From Lama glama (lineage: Eukaryota), in assembly GCA_028534125.1 (NCBI GenBank), contig CM052816.1, positions 7,008,001-7,072,000 of the forward strand: DNA of 64,000 nt, written 5' to 3'. The notes under the pieces are model-generated. The model was not told the origin of the DNA. It did no database searches and saw only the letters and a list, made by a program, of their open reading frames with translations. This document shows, piece by piece, positions 1 to 14,022 of the stretch; position 1 is the first letter of the stretch, and each line of letters starts with the position of its first letter. The position numbers and the translations under genes were made by a program.

Positions 1-160
1 TGGAATGATCATCATCCTGTTCTCAACCCATAATTTCCAATTCCCAGAGCCCCGTGAATTCTCATTTATAGTTCCAAAGAGCCATAAAAACATTTCTATC
101 ATAAACCAGAGCAGCTCCTCAGAAGGACTTTGCAAATCAGTATCACTTGGGAGAGTCAAC

Positions 161-392
161 ACAATGTAGTGGTTAATAGTGTGGGCTTTAGAGACCAGCT
201 GACTACTGGGCTCCGCCACTTATCAGCTACACGACCTCTGCTAAATTTCTGAAAATGCAAGCATCAGTTTCCTCATCTGTAAAATGGAGGTAGTGATGTC
301 ATCTTCATAGGATTGTTAAGATTAAATACAGTAACGTATGTAAAGTACCCAGCACACAGTAAGTACTTAGTGAATGGTAGCTATTACTACCA
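161..392 (+). mobile_element. MIR SINE
   Basis: Core cagtttcctcatctgtaaaatgg plus MIR 3' end; boundaries approximate. Confidence 0.85.
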
Positions 393-1728
393 TTAGCTAT
401 TATCATATCTTTATCTGTTTTTATCATATTACTATTTCTCCTCAATATTTATACTCCCAGGTCTTTGCAACATCAAATGACCATTCCCTGCTGACCAGTA
501 AAATCTTTTTTCCCAAAACTTTTTGTCCAGAATCCCTGAGCTCCATTCTCCACAAAGACATACATTTCCAGTGAGATTTATCTGATTTAAAACTAAGCTT
601 CAATGAAGGTAATAAGAGTGATCTGCTCTCCTGTCCAACTTGTGGGACACAAGCTGAAACCACAAGGCCTGCTAAGAGCTTTGAGCCGGGCAGAATGACC
701 CCACTGTCCTGTTCTTCAGCACTCAAGCCGCTCAAGGATCCCCCCAAGTTCCTCACTGGGAATTCTCATCTGGGGGCTTCTTGATGCCCACGGGCTTAAG
801 CCAAGAAATCTTTAACCAGGGAACCAGACTGCAGAAGGGCACTGAAGATCAGAAGCACAGGAAAACAACCCTAAGTGAGACATGTAGAGATAGTCAGTGC
901 AAAGTGAGACAGCTGTAGAATTATAACTAGTGACCTAAGTGGTGAGAGATGTGAGTTTACGCACAGACACAGGTTTGACCTAGGACTCTGATCCGAGTCA
1001 TTCTGGAGGGTGGGGGGTGTTGTAGATGCTCCTAAAATCAAAAAGGGATGGCTTCTTCTCCTATTCTCCCGCCTTGGATTTTCCCAGAGGACATCAGGTA
1101 TTTTCCTCCAGGGAATGATTAAAAATATCAGGGTCAGAGTTTGGGCTTTTGTGACTCCAGTCAAATCATATCGCTGATACCAGGTACCTGCACAGCTAAG
1201 TTCAGCTTCCTCTGAGAGCCAGGAAAGAAGCTGGCCAAAGTCATGCTTTCAGGGTCTTGTCTACATAACACCTGATCGCCCCAATTCCAAGGGAAAGGCA
1301 AGTTAGAGAGCTGTAGGTTGAGCTTTAACCAGAAAACGCCAAGGGCTCCCGTGATTCCAGCCTTGAAAGATGCACATAGGGTAAGAAGAAGGGAGGTGAG
1401 GAAAAAGAAAACATCGACACAATTTAAGCAAATGAAGTGTGATATGCCACAGTTAGACAGTCAAGTCTCATGCTCCTTAAGCCTTGACTATTTTATTCAT
1501 AAAATGGGGACAGACATCCCTACCTCTCAGGTTTTTGAAAGGATAAAATGAGCTAAAATATGTAATGTTGTTTCTTGCCACTAAACAATAAAATAAAAAT
1601 GAAGCTTTTTGGAAACAAAATGAGATTCTGTGAGAGGTAGACACTCCCTCTCCAGGTGAATGCTTTTGATTATCTACAGGTAATTCAACCCTAGACAGAC
1701 TGGGTTTGAGGATCTATGATGCTCTAAG

Positions 1729-1880
1729 AGGGCAAGGACGAGGGTGAAGCATGTGAGACAATTTAAGGAGCACACAATTTAAGGAGGTGCTCACTCTCAG
1801 GGCTCTGCAAGTGCACTTCCACAACCTGGAGAGTAAGCGCCTCCTTAAATTTTGCCAGGTGCCGCATTCATCTCACCCTG
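1729..1880. mobile_element. Palindromic non-autonomous hAT DNA transposon (MER96-like)
   Basis: Arms aatttaaggaggtgctcactctc (1776-1798) and gagagtaagcgcctccttaaatt (1829-1851) are reverse complements with 2 mismatches; outer agggtga/tcaccct. Family name recalled from consensus. Confidence 0.75.
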
Positions 1881-3149
1881 CTTTGTGGGGATACCTAAAG
1901 CAGAAGAGTTAGTGGAGGGAGCCATCCAGAGGGACAGACTGGAAGCAGTACTCAGGAGTATGAGACACCCCAAGAGAAGCAGACTTCCCTAGGGGCAGGG
2001 GAAGAACCAGATGGAATCTCAAAGTTCCTTCCAGCTCTAAGGATCCAAGATTTTATCTTACTGCCAAAGAAAATCATGTTCAAATTCTTGTCCTTCTTAC
2101 CTAGACAATGGCTCCTTATAAGAGGCAGATACAGCTGTAGGAAGTGGAATAGGAAGGGGGAAGGGGGCCTTGTTCCCTAAGATCCTGGGGAGAATTGGGC
2201 TCAGGGCGTGCCAACTGTGACATTCAGCTCCCAGGGGTGCTTAGCAGATCATGAAGTGAGACTAATAAAATGTCAGGCACTCCCGAGCCAGCCTAAGCCC
2301 CTTACTGCAATCAAATAAAATCGGAATTGCACAGCTGGCCGGGGGAAGCCAGCTGTTGACCTGAGGATGCAACCCAGGCAAAGCTGATAGTGACCCTTGC
2401 TGCACAACAAGCCCCAAGTCCCCGGGTGTCAGAGCCATGGACGGGAAACTGCATCGGACCCTGAGGCCACCGGAGAGCTCCATTCGCACTCAGCCCCACC
2501 TCTTCCCAGGAGTCTCTCCATTCCTCTCCCAAGGACAGCCCACAGGTAGAAGAAAGCTTTCTCCCCCCTAATATACGATGTGGACACGGACAAATGTCAA
2601 GTCTTTCCAAAAGTGCACAGAGGCAAAAATTTATAAAACTCACAAGAATTCTCTGATTCATGTCCTCACATCTGCCAAATACTGCCTTCCTCCCCAGAAC
2701 CACCATCACAGTCCAATTATGCCACCTAAGCTGGGTGGCAACCTCTTATAATTGATTACACGGATGGAGTCCAGTCCATCTGCTGAACTATGAACAACTA
2801 GAGGGCAGAGGCCATTCATCAACAAATGATTACCGACGGCTACTACCTGCCAGGCATGGAACGAGACAGACACAAACTCAGTCTATGTGAAGGGCTTTGT
2901 CTGTAGGCAGCGACTTATTTATCTGCCTTTCCCCCATAGTCCCTTATTCATAACGCTTAATAATCAGAATCAGAGGATTGTGGCGCTAGAGGACCTGTAG
3001 AAATCAGACGAATCCTCACTCCACAATCTGGTCCCTTGACAGAGACTGATCATCTCTCCTGCTACATTTCTCTGCTGGGTCAAGCCCCAGAACCCTCCTC
3101 TGAGCAACCACTTAAAACTGTTCACCACGCCTGATCTAATCCAAAACTT

Positions 3150-3295
3150 CCATTTCACAGATGAGGAAACTGGGGACCATCTAGGAAAAAGAATTAGCCC
3201 AAGATCAGAGAGGACATTAGATACAGATCCAAGACTATTTAGCCAAGACCCAGATTTCCCAGTCCCACCATCATGTTTTTCCCTCTATTCTACAG
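3150..3295 (-). mobile_element. MIR SINE fragment
   Basis: ccatttcacagatgaggaaactg is the reverse-strand MIR core. Confidence 0.7.
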
Positions 3296-3715
3296 TGACC
3301 TTTATAATTGTGTATTAAATAAATACCCATGGAAACAGAGACAGACCTTCTTCAAACAACATCTGACTAGTGGACTTGGTATTTTCTGCATGGAATAAAT
3401 ACCAGCTTGTTAGATTACCTCCCTGCCAAGGCAAAGGGGATGATCTGACCCAAGTCAGAGGACGCACTGCCTGGAAACCAAATGGACACCCACCATTTGG
3501 AGGCATCTTTGAAGAGCGCATTTCCCAACCTTGGCCAGGCCGCAAGTCAATTTAAACAGAGATCAGCTAAGAAATCAGGATGTAAAGGCATTGGGAAGGG
3601 ACAATCTTCCTTAACTTTCAGACCCACCATAAGGACAAGGAACGGGGGCACCAATCCTTGCTGTTCCCAGACTTGCAGATTCAGTGCTCCATCCTCAACT
3701 GTTATCACTGTCCCT

Positions 3716-3746
3716 TCTCTCTCTCTCTCTCTCTCCCTCTCTCTCT
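3716..3746. repeat. (CT)n microsatellite at the start of a pyrimidine-rich tract running to ~4180
   Basis: Directly visible. Confidence 0.9.
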
Positions 3747-6700
3747 TTCACTCCCCCTTCACTCCCTCACCCACACACTAAACTTCTTTCAATTCTCCAA
3801 GTCCTCTCTCACCTCTACACTTTACACATGCTGTCCCTTCTACTCAAAACACTCTTCCTTCCCTACCCAACCTTCAAGGTTTGCTGTAAAAACCACTTTC
3901 TCCACAAAGCCCCTTGGAAACCCCCCACACCCCCACCAAATGTCGTTGAGCACCCGTCCTCTGTGTTCACTGACTTCCTCGATTATAGCACTGACCATAC
4001 CTCAAACACCTTCACTTTTCCCTTCCTCTCTCCTACCGCCTCCCTTTCTGTCTCAGTCTGTGCCTCCAGCTTCCTCCTCCAGCCCTATGCATCCCTCCCT
4101 CAGCTATCCCCAGCCTCTGAGGCCCTACTCTGCCCCTCCCTCTGTCCTTCCTCCCCTTTTCCCACCCCTGACCTTCTGACTTCTCTGCCCACTGTGAACT
4201 CAGGAGATGGGATCTGCAGGGCAGACCCTCTCCGCTAACTCGGAGTGGCCCATGGGGGTGTGGTGCCTCGAAGGGTGGGACTGAAGCTGTTTCTCCCTGG
4301 TCTCATGGCCAACCCCAGCTCACTGGAAATTCAGATTGACAGCTTCATATTGATTTCCTATTTCCAATTGATGCTGCAACTGGAGAATGAGAATCTGAGC
4401 ATTGATCTGGCCTGTCTTCCAGCAAGTCCCTGAGAAATGAGTTGTGCCACTGAAGAGAAATGTTGAGATGAGAAGGGGAAGAAGCCAGACACAAACACAC
4501 TCACATCCCCTGCCCCGAGACAAATTCAGATCCCAAGACCAGATGTGCAAAGAAGAAAAAAAGAGAGATGGAATATTATAAACTAATAAAATGATGCTTA
4601 GGGCCAGAAGGACTCAGAGATTATTCTAATCCCCTCATTTCATAGCATGGGAAACTGAAAGCTGAAAAGGAAAGTGATTCCCCAAAGGTCACATAGCACC
4701 CCCTTCACTATGTCACCCTGTGGAACCCCATTCCTGGACCTCTCCATGGTCTCTGTCATTAGGAGTCAAAACTGAGGTCCTTTAAATACCAATCTCCTAG
4801 TGTGACAAATGCCCCAACTAAAAGGCGAGAGCAAGTTCGAGGCTTTGCCCAGTCTGCGCAGCCATCGCCGTAAGCCTTCTCAGCGAGGGACAGAAGAACA
4901 CTTGGTCCCAGGAGACCTCCAGATCTTTCTGAAAATTACTATTAATCAAATCTGTCTAAACCAAGTCTGATTCACCACATTACATTGCAGTAATCCCTGA
5001 AACAATTTGCATCATTTCCATGTACTTTCATAGGGTCAGCAAATCCTAACAATCCTGTGTTTCATTTCCCAGACTCATTCCCAGTTTCTCTGTGCTCACC
5101 GTCTACAAGCAAAGACTTAAGCTCACCAGAAGCCATGGCTCCCATGGGCGTGGAGGGCCCCTTGCTGCATATTTTCTCTGCACAGAAGGACAAAGCACAG
5201 ATTTACTAGAGGGGGCCCTGGAAATAATTTCATGCAAAATATGCTGTCTAAACATAGAAATGTACAATGATTATCAAGTGGACGGGCATAGCTATTTTGA
5301 CATTAAAGTGGAGGATTTATTTGAAAAAGAATTAGAGAAATTTTAGAATTAGAGTAAGGGATGGGGGATGATTTTAGGTGGTTCAACACACAATAATGTA
5401 GAATTCTTATTTCAGTCCTCGTCATCGCAAGAGGAAAGTCTCAGTTCAGTGTTACTATGTCTCTAAGACCTTTCCAACACTTGTGATCTTCCTTGGGAAC
5501 TTAGGGCAGTTCTCAGACTCAGAACGTCGGCCAGCAGTAGTATATAACTAGGATTTTAAACTCTTCTCTCTCTCTTTCATTGTATTCACTGTTATCCTCT
5601 ATTATGGCAAGTAATTCTGATTTTTCATTTGTCAAGAGTGAAACACAAAGTTTCCTTTCTTAAAAAAGAAGTGAGACAATTCAATGAAAACTTTTCAGTG
5701 ATTATCAGTAGAGGTGGGACGGGAACAGGGCAAAAATTGTGAACGTGATATCCAGGAAACCACTGGTACATGATACACAGCAGAGATTTGACCGGAGAAT
5801 TTCAAAGTTTCCAAGAATTTTGCTATGAATCACCTGACAAAACAGAGGATCATTTAATAAGTCACAACTATTTCTTCCCCATTTTTAAGCGTGGTCAATT
5901 CAGAGTTGTGTATACAGAGATGGTTGGAAGTTGGACACATGTCTTTTTTCCCCCAACCCCTAATTATCCCTTCCTGCCCTTTCCCCTTTGATAACCATAC
6001 TTGGTTTTCTATGGGAAGTTAGACACATGTTTTGATTTTCTTGGACCTAACAATATAACAAGCTTCAAAAACAATAGTAATATTAGCTACAATCATGATT
6101 TATACTCTTCACAGTTTACAAAAGGTTTTCTTACGCATTTGTAGCATTTGGATGAGGAAAGACTTGAAAATTGGAGTTCTAATCCTTTCTCTCGCTCAAG
6201 TGCTGTGTGACCTGAGGCCAGTTACTTAACCTCTCAGCATCTCCATTTCCTCCAGTTCAGCTCACCATGCAAGGGTTGTTAGTGAGTCAGTGGCCAGGTG
6301 ATCAGACTGTAAATGCCTTGCTGCAGACGTGCTAGGATAACTGGAAGATGCTTCAGCTTTGGGGAGGATTCAGGTATTAAATGGTACATTTTGCAAATAG
6401 CAAATGGTAGGGGGATAATTTGGGGGTGAATTCATTCTCTCCCTGTATCACCTAATAGGATTCACGTTTATGAAAGAGACCTAAGGGCCAGAGATGGCTT
6501 ATGCTATAGTAACCACTGGGAGGGAATACTACGTTCCCAAATCTTATTATCTGAGAGGAGGAGCTGCAGAGAGAACAGGAGCTTATGAGAGCTTCATAAC
6601 TGCCACTCCTAGAGTGGTTCGAGAAGTGAATTATAGCAGCAGAAAAGTTATAAATCACCCGCTGCGATCTGTGGTTCCGTTTGTCACACTAGAGCTGCAC

Positions 6701-9310
6701 ACCAGCTGTGAGTCTGGTGCTGAATGGAGAAAAGGCTGGGACAGTGGTACCAGCTGTGGGTCATGGAAGGCATCTGGCAGGACTTCCCAGTCACGTGGGG
6801 ACTATGGGGCAGCTGAAAGCAGCAGAGAGCCCAAAAGAAGCCTCCAGAGTGGCTCTCAACTACTTCAAAGACACACACATGCACACGCACACAGCAAGAC
6901 AAGAGCAAGACAATACATTGAGTACCTGCTATGTATCAAGAACCATCCTTGGCATTTTTTAAACATGTGCTAGCTCAGTTACTCCTTGTGCAAAACTTAT
7001 TTGATATAGCAGGCAACCAAAGTTCAGAGAGGTTAGGTAACTTCACCATGGTCACACAGCTAGTAAATGGAGAAAAGTCTGATACGAAATCATCTGTTCT
7101 TTTCACTCTTTTCAAACTATTCTATATTACATCTCACAGGACATTTCAATAACACACACATGCAACAGACACACCATATACATGCCTTGTGAAAGACATT
7201 TCAGGCTTTCACACCCTATACCCTGTGTATACATACATGCTGCATGTACACACAAAAATGCCCAAGCTAAATCCCATGCTTAACAAACACTTAGACATGA
7301 ATATGGTCTTCACATTTTTGTATATCCAAATCTAGGCACCACAATACACTATACATCCACAAACATTCCTGTGCACACCCTAGTCCTCATACACATCCAT
7401 CTCTTTGCACATGTAACACGCATATACTTCACACAGAGAAATCTACCCACATCACACAAACTCACAAACATCCATAGTCACACAGGTAGAAACAGTATAA
7501 TTCATTTATCCCTCATATCGTCCATCAAAACGAGCTCTTCAGGATACGAACAAGGAATCTTCAAATTACTAAGCATGAGTGTCTAAAAAATCCTGGAATA
7601 CCTTCTGAATCTTCAAAGGAATAACAGATGACTTTCACTCTTTTTCATTAGTGAGTATAATAGTCAAATAATTTTTAAATTGTTAATCCAAACATGAATA
7701 TTTATGAATACTTCCTACAAATCAGGACATTTGATTAATTAAAGTAGCACGTTATTCATTCATTCGTTCACTGTACAGTTACTGAGCACCAGTTATGTGT
7801 GAGACCCACCATGATAGACAACAGTAGGAGATTAAATAGACAAGCAATCAAGAAATATAACCACCATGATTCATGGTCTCGGAACTCAAACGCAAGTAGC
7901 GACAGGACAAAGTAGCGTGGCCGTGACACGTACATGACTTGAAAGGACTGGGTGAGTGAGGGGATGTGGGAGGAGAGGGGGCACAGAGATGAGGTGGCTC
8001 TCAAGCTTCTACTCCTAGAGCATGAGAAAACATAAGTACCACCTGGGAAATTGCCGTCTGGAGGAGCAAACTTGGGAAGGAAGCTGTGGTCTTCAGTTTG
8101 GAATGAACTTGAGGCAAGGCAGGACATCGAGGTGGACGTGCCCTCCAGGTTTGCAAATGAAGAAAGGGGAAAGCCAGGGTGGAGGCAGGAACTTGACAGC
8201 CAACCGCTAGAGAGGCTCCCTTAAACAGTCACAATTCCAAGATCAGAAAAGGAGCCAAGGCAAAGAACAGGGAGGTCTTCCAAGTCCTTGGGGAGCATGG
8301 CATCCTACCTGGCTGGATGACAGCAACTCTCCTTTTATGGGACACATGCGCATCTCTCTGCATGCACACTTCCTCCAACTTCCCAGCCCCGCAGCACACA
8401 GCAGGGCTGCAGTCACTTCCAGCCTTCTCCTGGGTAATTTCAGGACCAGGGAAGCTCAGTTGCCCAAGGCAACACAAATGATTGCTCTTTTACCCTTAAG
8501 CTTCCAATCTTGACTCTTCTAGAAATCTGCATGCCTTTGAGAGTGTGGCAGGGGAAGGGTCACATCAGTAATCCATACTACGGTATGAAAGAAGACCTGG
8601 AACTACTTCGTTGTGGAAGAGGGGTGGCAGAAACAATGTGAAGCATCCCCAGCGGTTTGATGCCAAATCCCCCAACTCTTGATACACTGAGGGAAGCTAC
8701 CACTGATTTACTCTGGGACCTACGTCAGATTCTTCATGTGCTGTGCCTCAATTCTCCTAACAGAGCATTTTTGAAAGTGCATGAGATAGTCCCATTAGAA
8801 AAGGCACCTAAGCTTGTAGAAGGTTCTGAGAAGACCTGAGGTAAAGACGCCTGATTAAATTTGTGAGCCCAAATGCATTTGACTTTGGCGTCTTAAAAAA
8901 AAAAATTAGTAACTGATTCTAAAGAGAAACTTTGCAGAAAGGCTGGACTATTTGATCTCTAAGATTCTTCTGGGCTGCACTGTTCTATGGACCTGTTAAA
9001 TTGCTGGCACCCAAAACTCAGGGCTGGGCCAAGTGGGAGGTTAACCCTTCAATCTCCTCCCCCGAGGAAACCAGCAGCTAAGTGTGACCGCCCAAAACCT
9101 TAGAGATGCAGCTTTAAAAGAGTCCTCAGCTTCTCAGCATCAATCAGACACCCAGCTACCCACCAGGACCCCCGTCTGGCTGATACTCAGGCTGAGTAAA
9201 CCTCATGAAGGACCTATATCACCCATTTCTCAGGCCAAGAACACTCTATGGTTCTGAGGGCTGGGCAGTCAACAGGGGCTGAGTGAGGCTGGGGCCTGAC
9301 CACCGTGTGA

Positions 9311-9487
<177 letters not shown>

Positions 9488-10303
9488 TAAACATGCATCC
9501 CAGGGCCCCAGAGATCTGTTTTCCTAGACTATGGAAGCAAGCAGCATGAAATTATATACAGACGGTAAATACAGAGTATAAATTCCATGACTCTTCCCTC
9601 TACCTGAAGCAAATATTGTGAGTCAGTTGGCCAAGAACAAACAAATCCTCAGAGTCCAACTCATAGTATCTCTAGTTGCCAGAGTCAGTATATGAATTAC
9701 AGCTATTTGCAAGCTCTGGTTTAATGGACAAGACATTACCATGGAAAGTGGAGAAATGGGTTCAAGTTTTGCTTTGGGCACAAACTTACTTTCTGAGCTT
9801 GGAGAAGCCTCCTCCTTCCTCTGGGCCTCAGTCTCCTCATCTCTGCATGGATAGAGCTGGACATCTCTGCAGTTTTTTTACTATGCTTCATGGAGTTCTA
9901 GGACTCCACCCTGGGTCCCAAAAGGGAGAAACAGAGGCTAAGATGAGCAAGTCCACCTTTGCTTCTCTCCTAATCAGCTCCACTTTTATTTGTCTTAGAT
10001 GAGATGTTTCCAACTAAAATTCATCCACTGAAAGCACCTCCTAGGTTAACAAATAATTTTGAAACGGTCTAGCCTCATCAGAGTCACAATTTCAAATGCC
10101 TGGTAAGGCAACAGGGAGTGGGTGGAGACTATGGAGAAATAGAAATGAAGGCCCCTTGAAAGCGGGTGCCTTTCCTTAGCTCCAGCCCGTAGTTACTCTA
10201 GAGGAATGTGGGCCTTGTGTTGCCAGATCATCCAGAATTCCCAAGGGAGCCAGAAATCACTATTTATGCAAAACTGCTTGATTCCTAAAACCTGTAAATT
10301 CCA

Positions 10304-10388
10304 GGGTGGGGTAATAGCTCAGTGGTGGAGCACATGCTTAGCATGCACAAAGTCCTGGGTTCTATTCCCAGGACTTCCATTTTAAAAA
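10304..10388 (+). mobile_element. tRNA-Ala(AGC)-derived SINE (camelid Vic-1 type)
   Basis: tagctcagtggtggagcacatgcttagcatgcacaaagtcctgggttctattccc (A box, B box, AGC anticodon arm), short A tail, TSD tgtaaattc at 10293-10301 and 10389-10397. Confidence 0.85.
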
Positions 10389-11369
10389 TGTAAATTCAAG
10401 TAAAACATGTTTGTGAACCAGCCTTTTGTGTAGCCAGTTTACAAACCATACCTGAAGGGATCTGAGAAGTTTCTTTCAGCTCGCAGTCCTATGAGATCTT
10501 AATATCTCATAACAAGAGGGGGCCAGTTCCCTTTGTCTACCGATGCTTTAGGAGGTGGTAACCATCTCTAACTGCCGAGCAGGTTTCTGCAGGCCCAGTG
10601 TTAAGGACTTCCTTGGGAGCCTGAGCACCCCAACCTTCCTCCCAGCACCCCTGCAAAAATCTTATCTCAAAGACGCACAGCCAACCTCCTAATCAATTCT
10701 TGATTGCAGATGCCCTTCCTCACTGCTCCTTTTGGCTCAAGTCCAAGACCAAACAAGGGATGTGACAGCTGGTTACAGCTTCCTAACATCAGCTCAGTCA
10801 GCCCTCCTCCCCACTTTGTTCTCCAAGTCCCCTTTTCAGAGTGCTCTGCAACTAGAAAATAGTCTGGGAGATGCACTGAGCTTTGCTTGGGGGCCCGCCT
10901 CCCACCTCAAGGTGCTTCTGCTCCCCCACCACCTTGCTTCGGAGACCACTAACTTCCAAGATTATTAGCATAAACTTTCTTCCCTCAAGGACAGGTAACT
11001 CAGTACCCAAGCTCTTCACCAGGGTCACAGTCTCAAACACCCAGAAGGCCAGGCAGGATGGTACATGACTGAAACAGGATGGGGATAAGCAAAGAAGACC
11101 AGAAACCACACTCCTGTAGGGGCTGCCACTTCCCAAGCCCTGCCCAGAGCTGCCAGGTAGGAATGCAGGCCTTCCAAGATAAGGCTTAAGTTTGCGATTT
11201 TGTGTGAAATCTCCCTACTTGGCAGCTAAATCACATCTTGTAGAAACACCATTGGCCAAGTCAAACACATCAGAGAACTGACCACCTGCTTGCATCCACT
11301 GCCCCTCTCAGTTTCAGGAATTTCGGCCCGCTGCGCCCCCTGGTGGGACTTCTTGGAACTCCCGCCTGA

Positions 11370-11869
11370 NNNNNNNNNNNNNNNNNNNNNNNNNNNNNNN
11401 NNNNNNNNNNNNNNNNNNNNNNNNNNNNNNNNNNNNNNNNNNNNNNNNNNNNNNNNNNNNNNNNNNNNNNNNNNNNNNNNNNNNNNNNNNNNNNNNNNNN
11501 NNNNNNNNNNNNNNNNNNNNNNNNNNNNNNNNNNNNNNNNNNNNNNNNNNNNNNNNNNNNNNNNNNNNNNNNNNNNNNNNNNNNNNNNNNNNNNNNNNNN
11601 NNNNNNNNNNNNNNNNNNNNNNNNNNNNNNNNNNNNNNNNNNNNNNNNNNNNNNNNNNNNNNNNNNNNNNNNNNNNNNNNNNNNNNNNNNNNNNNNNNNN
11701 NNNNNNNNNNNNNNNNNNNNNNNNNNNNNNNNNNNNNNNNNNNNNNNNNNNNNNNNNNNNNNNNNNNNNNNNNNNNNNNNNNNNNNNNNNNNNNNNNNNN
11801 NNNNNNNNNNNNNNNNNNNNNNNNNNNNNNNNNNNNNNNNNNNNNNNNNNNNNNNNNNNNNNNNNNNNN
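11370..11869. other. Assembly gap (500 N)
   Basis: Run of N; flanks 11171-11369 and 11870-12068 are identical. Confidence 0.99.
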
Positions 11870-12605
11870 CTTCCAAGATAAGGCTTAAGTTTGCGATTTT
11901 GTGTGAAATCTCCCTACTTGGCAGCTAAATCACATCTTGTAGAAACACCATTGGCCAAGTCAAACACATCAGAGAACTGACCACCTGCTTGCATCCACTG
12001 CCCCTCTCAGTTTCAGGAATTTCGGCCCGCTGCGCCCCCTGGTGGGACTTCTTGGAACTCCCGCCTGAATAGATGTATCTCGGTCTTGCTCTCCTGAACG
12101 TGGGTGCGTCCTGGGTTCATGTGTTAGCTATCTTTTGTGCATACTACTGGACTTGGCACAAAGAAGGGCCTCAATAAGCCTGTCATAGGTGAATAAATGA
12201 ACAAATGACCCCAAAGATGTGCTAAGTAGAGCAGTTAAGTGACTTTCCCAGGTCCCACTGCCAACCAAGACCGGGGACTTTAAAACCCGCTAGCTACTCT
12301 GACTCAGTTCTCTGTCTAAGGCTAGTGACTTATTTATTTGCTTACTTCCTGATTCATTCATTTATTTACTTACTCACTTAGCAGTGGACATCTTTAAGAG
12401 GGAAAATTTCACGCAGACTATAAAACCATTGATTATGGGTCCTTCCCCCCTCCTCGACAAACCTCACTCAAAACACTTGAGCCCCAAATCTACAGGACTA
12501 GATAACCTCTTAGGCCTCTCACAACCTGTGCTAGCTCTAACCCCTTCCGCCCCTAGGACTTGGGCTCTGAGCATAGTGTAGCTTTGGGGGGGGGGCGGGG
12601 ATGTA

Positions 12606-12704
12606 ATTATTATTATTATTTTTTTCTGGTGGAGGTGCTGGGGATTGAATCCAGGACCTCATGCATGCTAAGCATGTGCTCTACCACTGAGCTGTACCTT
12701 CTCC
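12606..12704 (-). mobile_element. tRNA-Ala-derived SINE (Vic-1 type)
   Basis: ggggattgaatccaggacctcatgcatgctaagcatgtgctctaccactgagct preceded by a (tta)n/T tail. Confidence 0.85.
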
Positions 12705-13832
12705 TTGAGGTGCAGCTTCTTGGAACCCCACCCCAGGGCTGGGAAGCAAGATTGCTCTACTCTCCTGCTGTAAGGCCTGAAACATTGGCAACAGGGCATC
12801 CCCTGGCCCTGAGCCCCAGGGCCCCTTTCACGCTTCCATGTAGGCACACTTAAGATTCCCAGAAGCCCCTCTACAAACCACAGAGCTCCTGAAAAGCCCA
12901 GGCAGAGGAGGCCCCTGTGGCCCCCAACACAATAGGAAGAGGTCGTCATTGTTTGCAAACTCCACAGCATGGGTAATCACTCAGCAGGTTCCTTCAAGCA
13001 CCAGAAATTTTGCCTGCTCCTGACTCTTGAAGATAGGGGTGCAGGGAAGAGCAGGCTGAGTCTACACAACACAGTGGCAGTGCAAATCACAATACTGAAG
13101 TTCAAAAGCAGTAAAACTGGGTTCTAGACCTTCCACTGACTGCTTACCTGATATGAGTGACCCAGAGGAAATCACCTGACGGCTCTGGGCCTCTGTTTCT
13201 ACATCTGTAAAATGACCCGATAGGACTAGGCCCTACCAGCTTTCAGATTCCGTATCTTCTGTGAGACTTTGTATATTATAATGGCTCCCAGCATCAGGGG
13301 CACAGCCCAAGGCAAACATGGACACAAAAGCAAAATTAAACTTTAATATTTAATGAAATATATACATTATCCTGCTGCCAAAGGCAGCCAGATTGTCATT
13401 TTCTCGAGGATAGTTTAATTTCAGATTTATTTCAATGAACCACACCTCCCCATGGGGTCCTTTTGGCTGGCACCCTCTCACACACATAAATCAGGATCTA
13501 ATTTATATGGGAGTCACAACACCAGACACTTGCAGGGCCTGAGTAGGAACACTGTGCATGTCATTTCAAGGCACAGGCAGTAACTCTTTGGGGCATCTTA
13601 ATGGTATGAGGCTACATGAGAAGAAAAACCTGGATCTGAGTCTAAATGAGGGGAGAAATAAAACCTTAAGAGGCCTTAGTTTAGGTAAAAGTGACCAAGG
13701 AAGCAGACTTCCACTCAGCATAAGGAAAACACTTTTTAGCAGGCAGAGCTACCCAACCATGGAAAGGGCTGCTCAAGCTGAAATGAGCTCCCCACTGCTG
13801 GGGGGGATCAAGCACTCAGCCTTCAATGGTAG

Positions 13833-14022
13833 CAGTGGTCCCTAAGGCTGGCTATGCACAACCATCACCCGGTTGCTCATTCAACAAGAGACTCTAGGCT
13901 AATTCCCACAGATGTGGGTTCACTGGGTCTGAGGTTGGGCTGAGGAATCTGTAATGTAACAAGTTCCCCAGATGATTCTACTGCAGACCGTCCAGTCTGC
14001 ACATCAGCTTGGGAAGCAATTG
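13833..14022. mobile_element. MER5-like hAT-Charlie relic
   Basis: cagtggtc...ggaatctg...aacaagttccccagatgattct...tgggaagcaattg, ~190 bp. Confidence 0.7.

Noticed and set aside
3658..4238. Overlapping 173-aa and 184-aa ORFs
   Set aside because: Low-complexity Ser/Pro/Leu translations of a stop-poor pyrimidine tract.
10304..10388. Functional tRNA-Ala gene (also the other four copies)
   Set aside because: A tails, TSDs and mismatched stems indicate retroposed SINEs.
11226..11928. 216-aa and 212-aa ORFs, or an LTR-like direct repeat
   Set aside because: The ORFs run through Ns. The direct repeat is exact, abuts the gap and lacks TG...CA ends, so it is best explained as an artefact.
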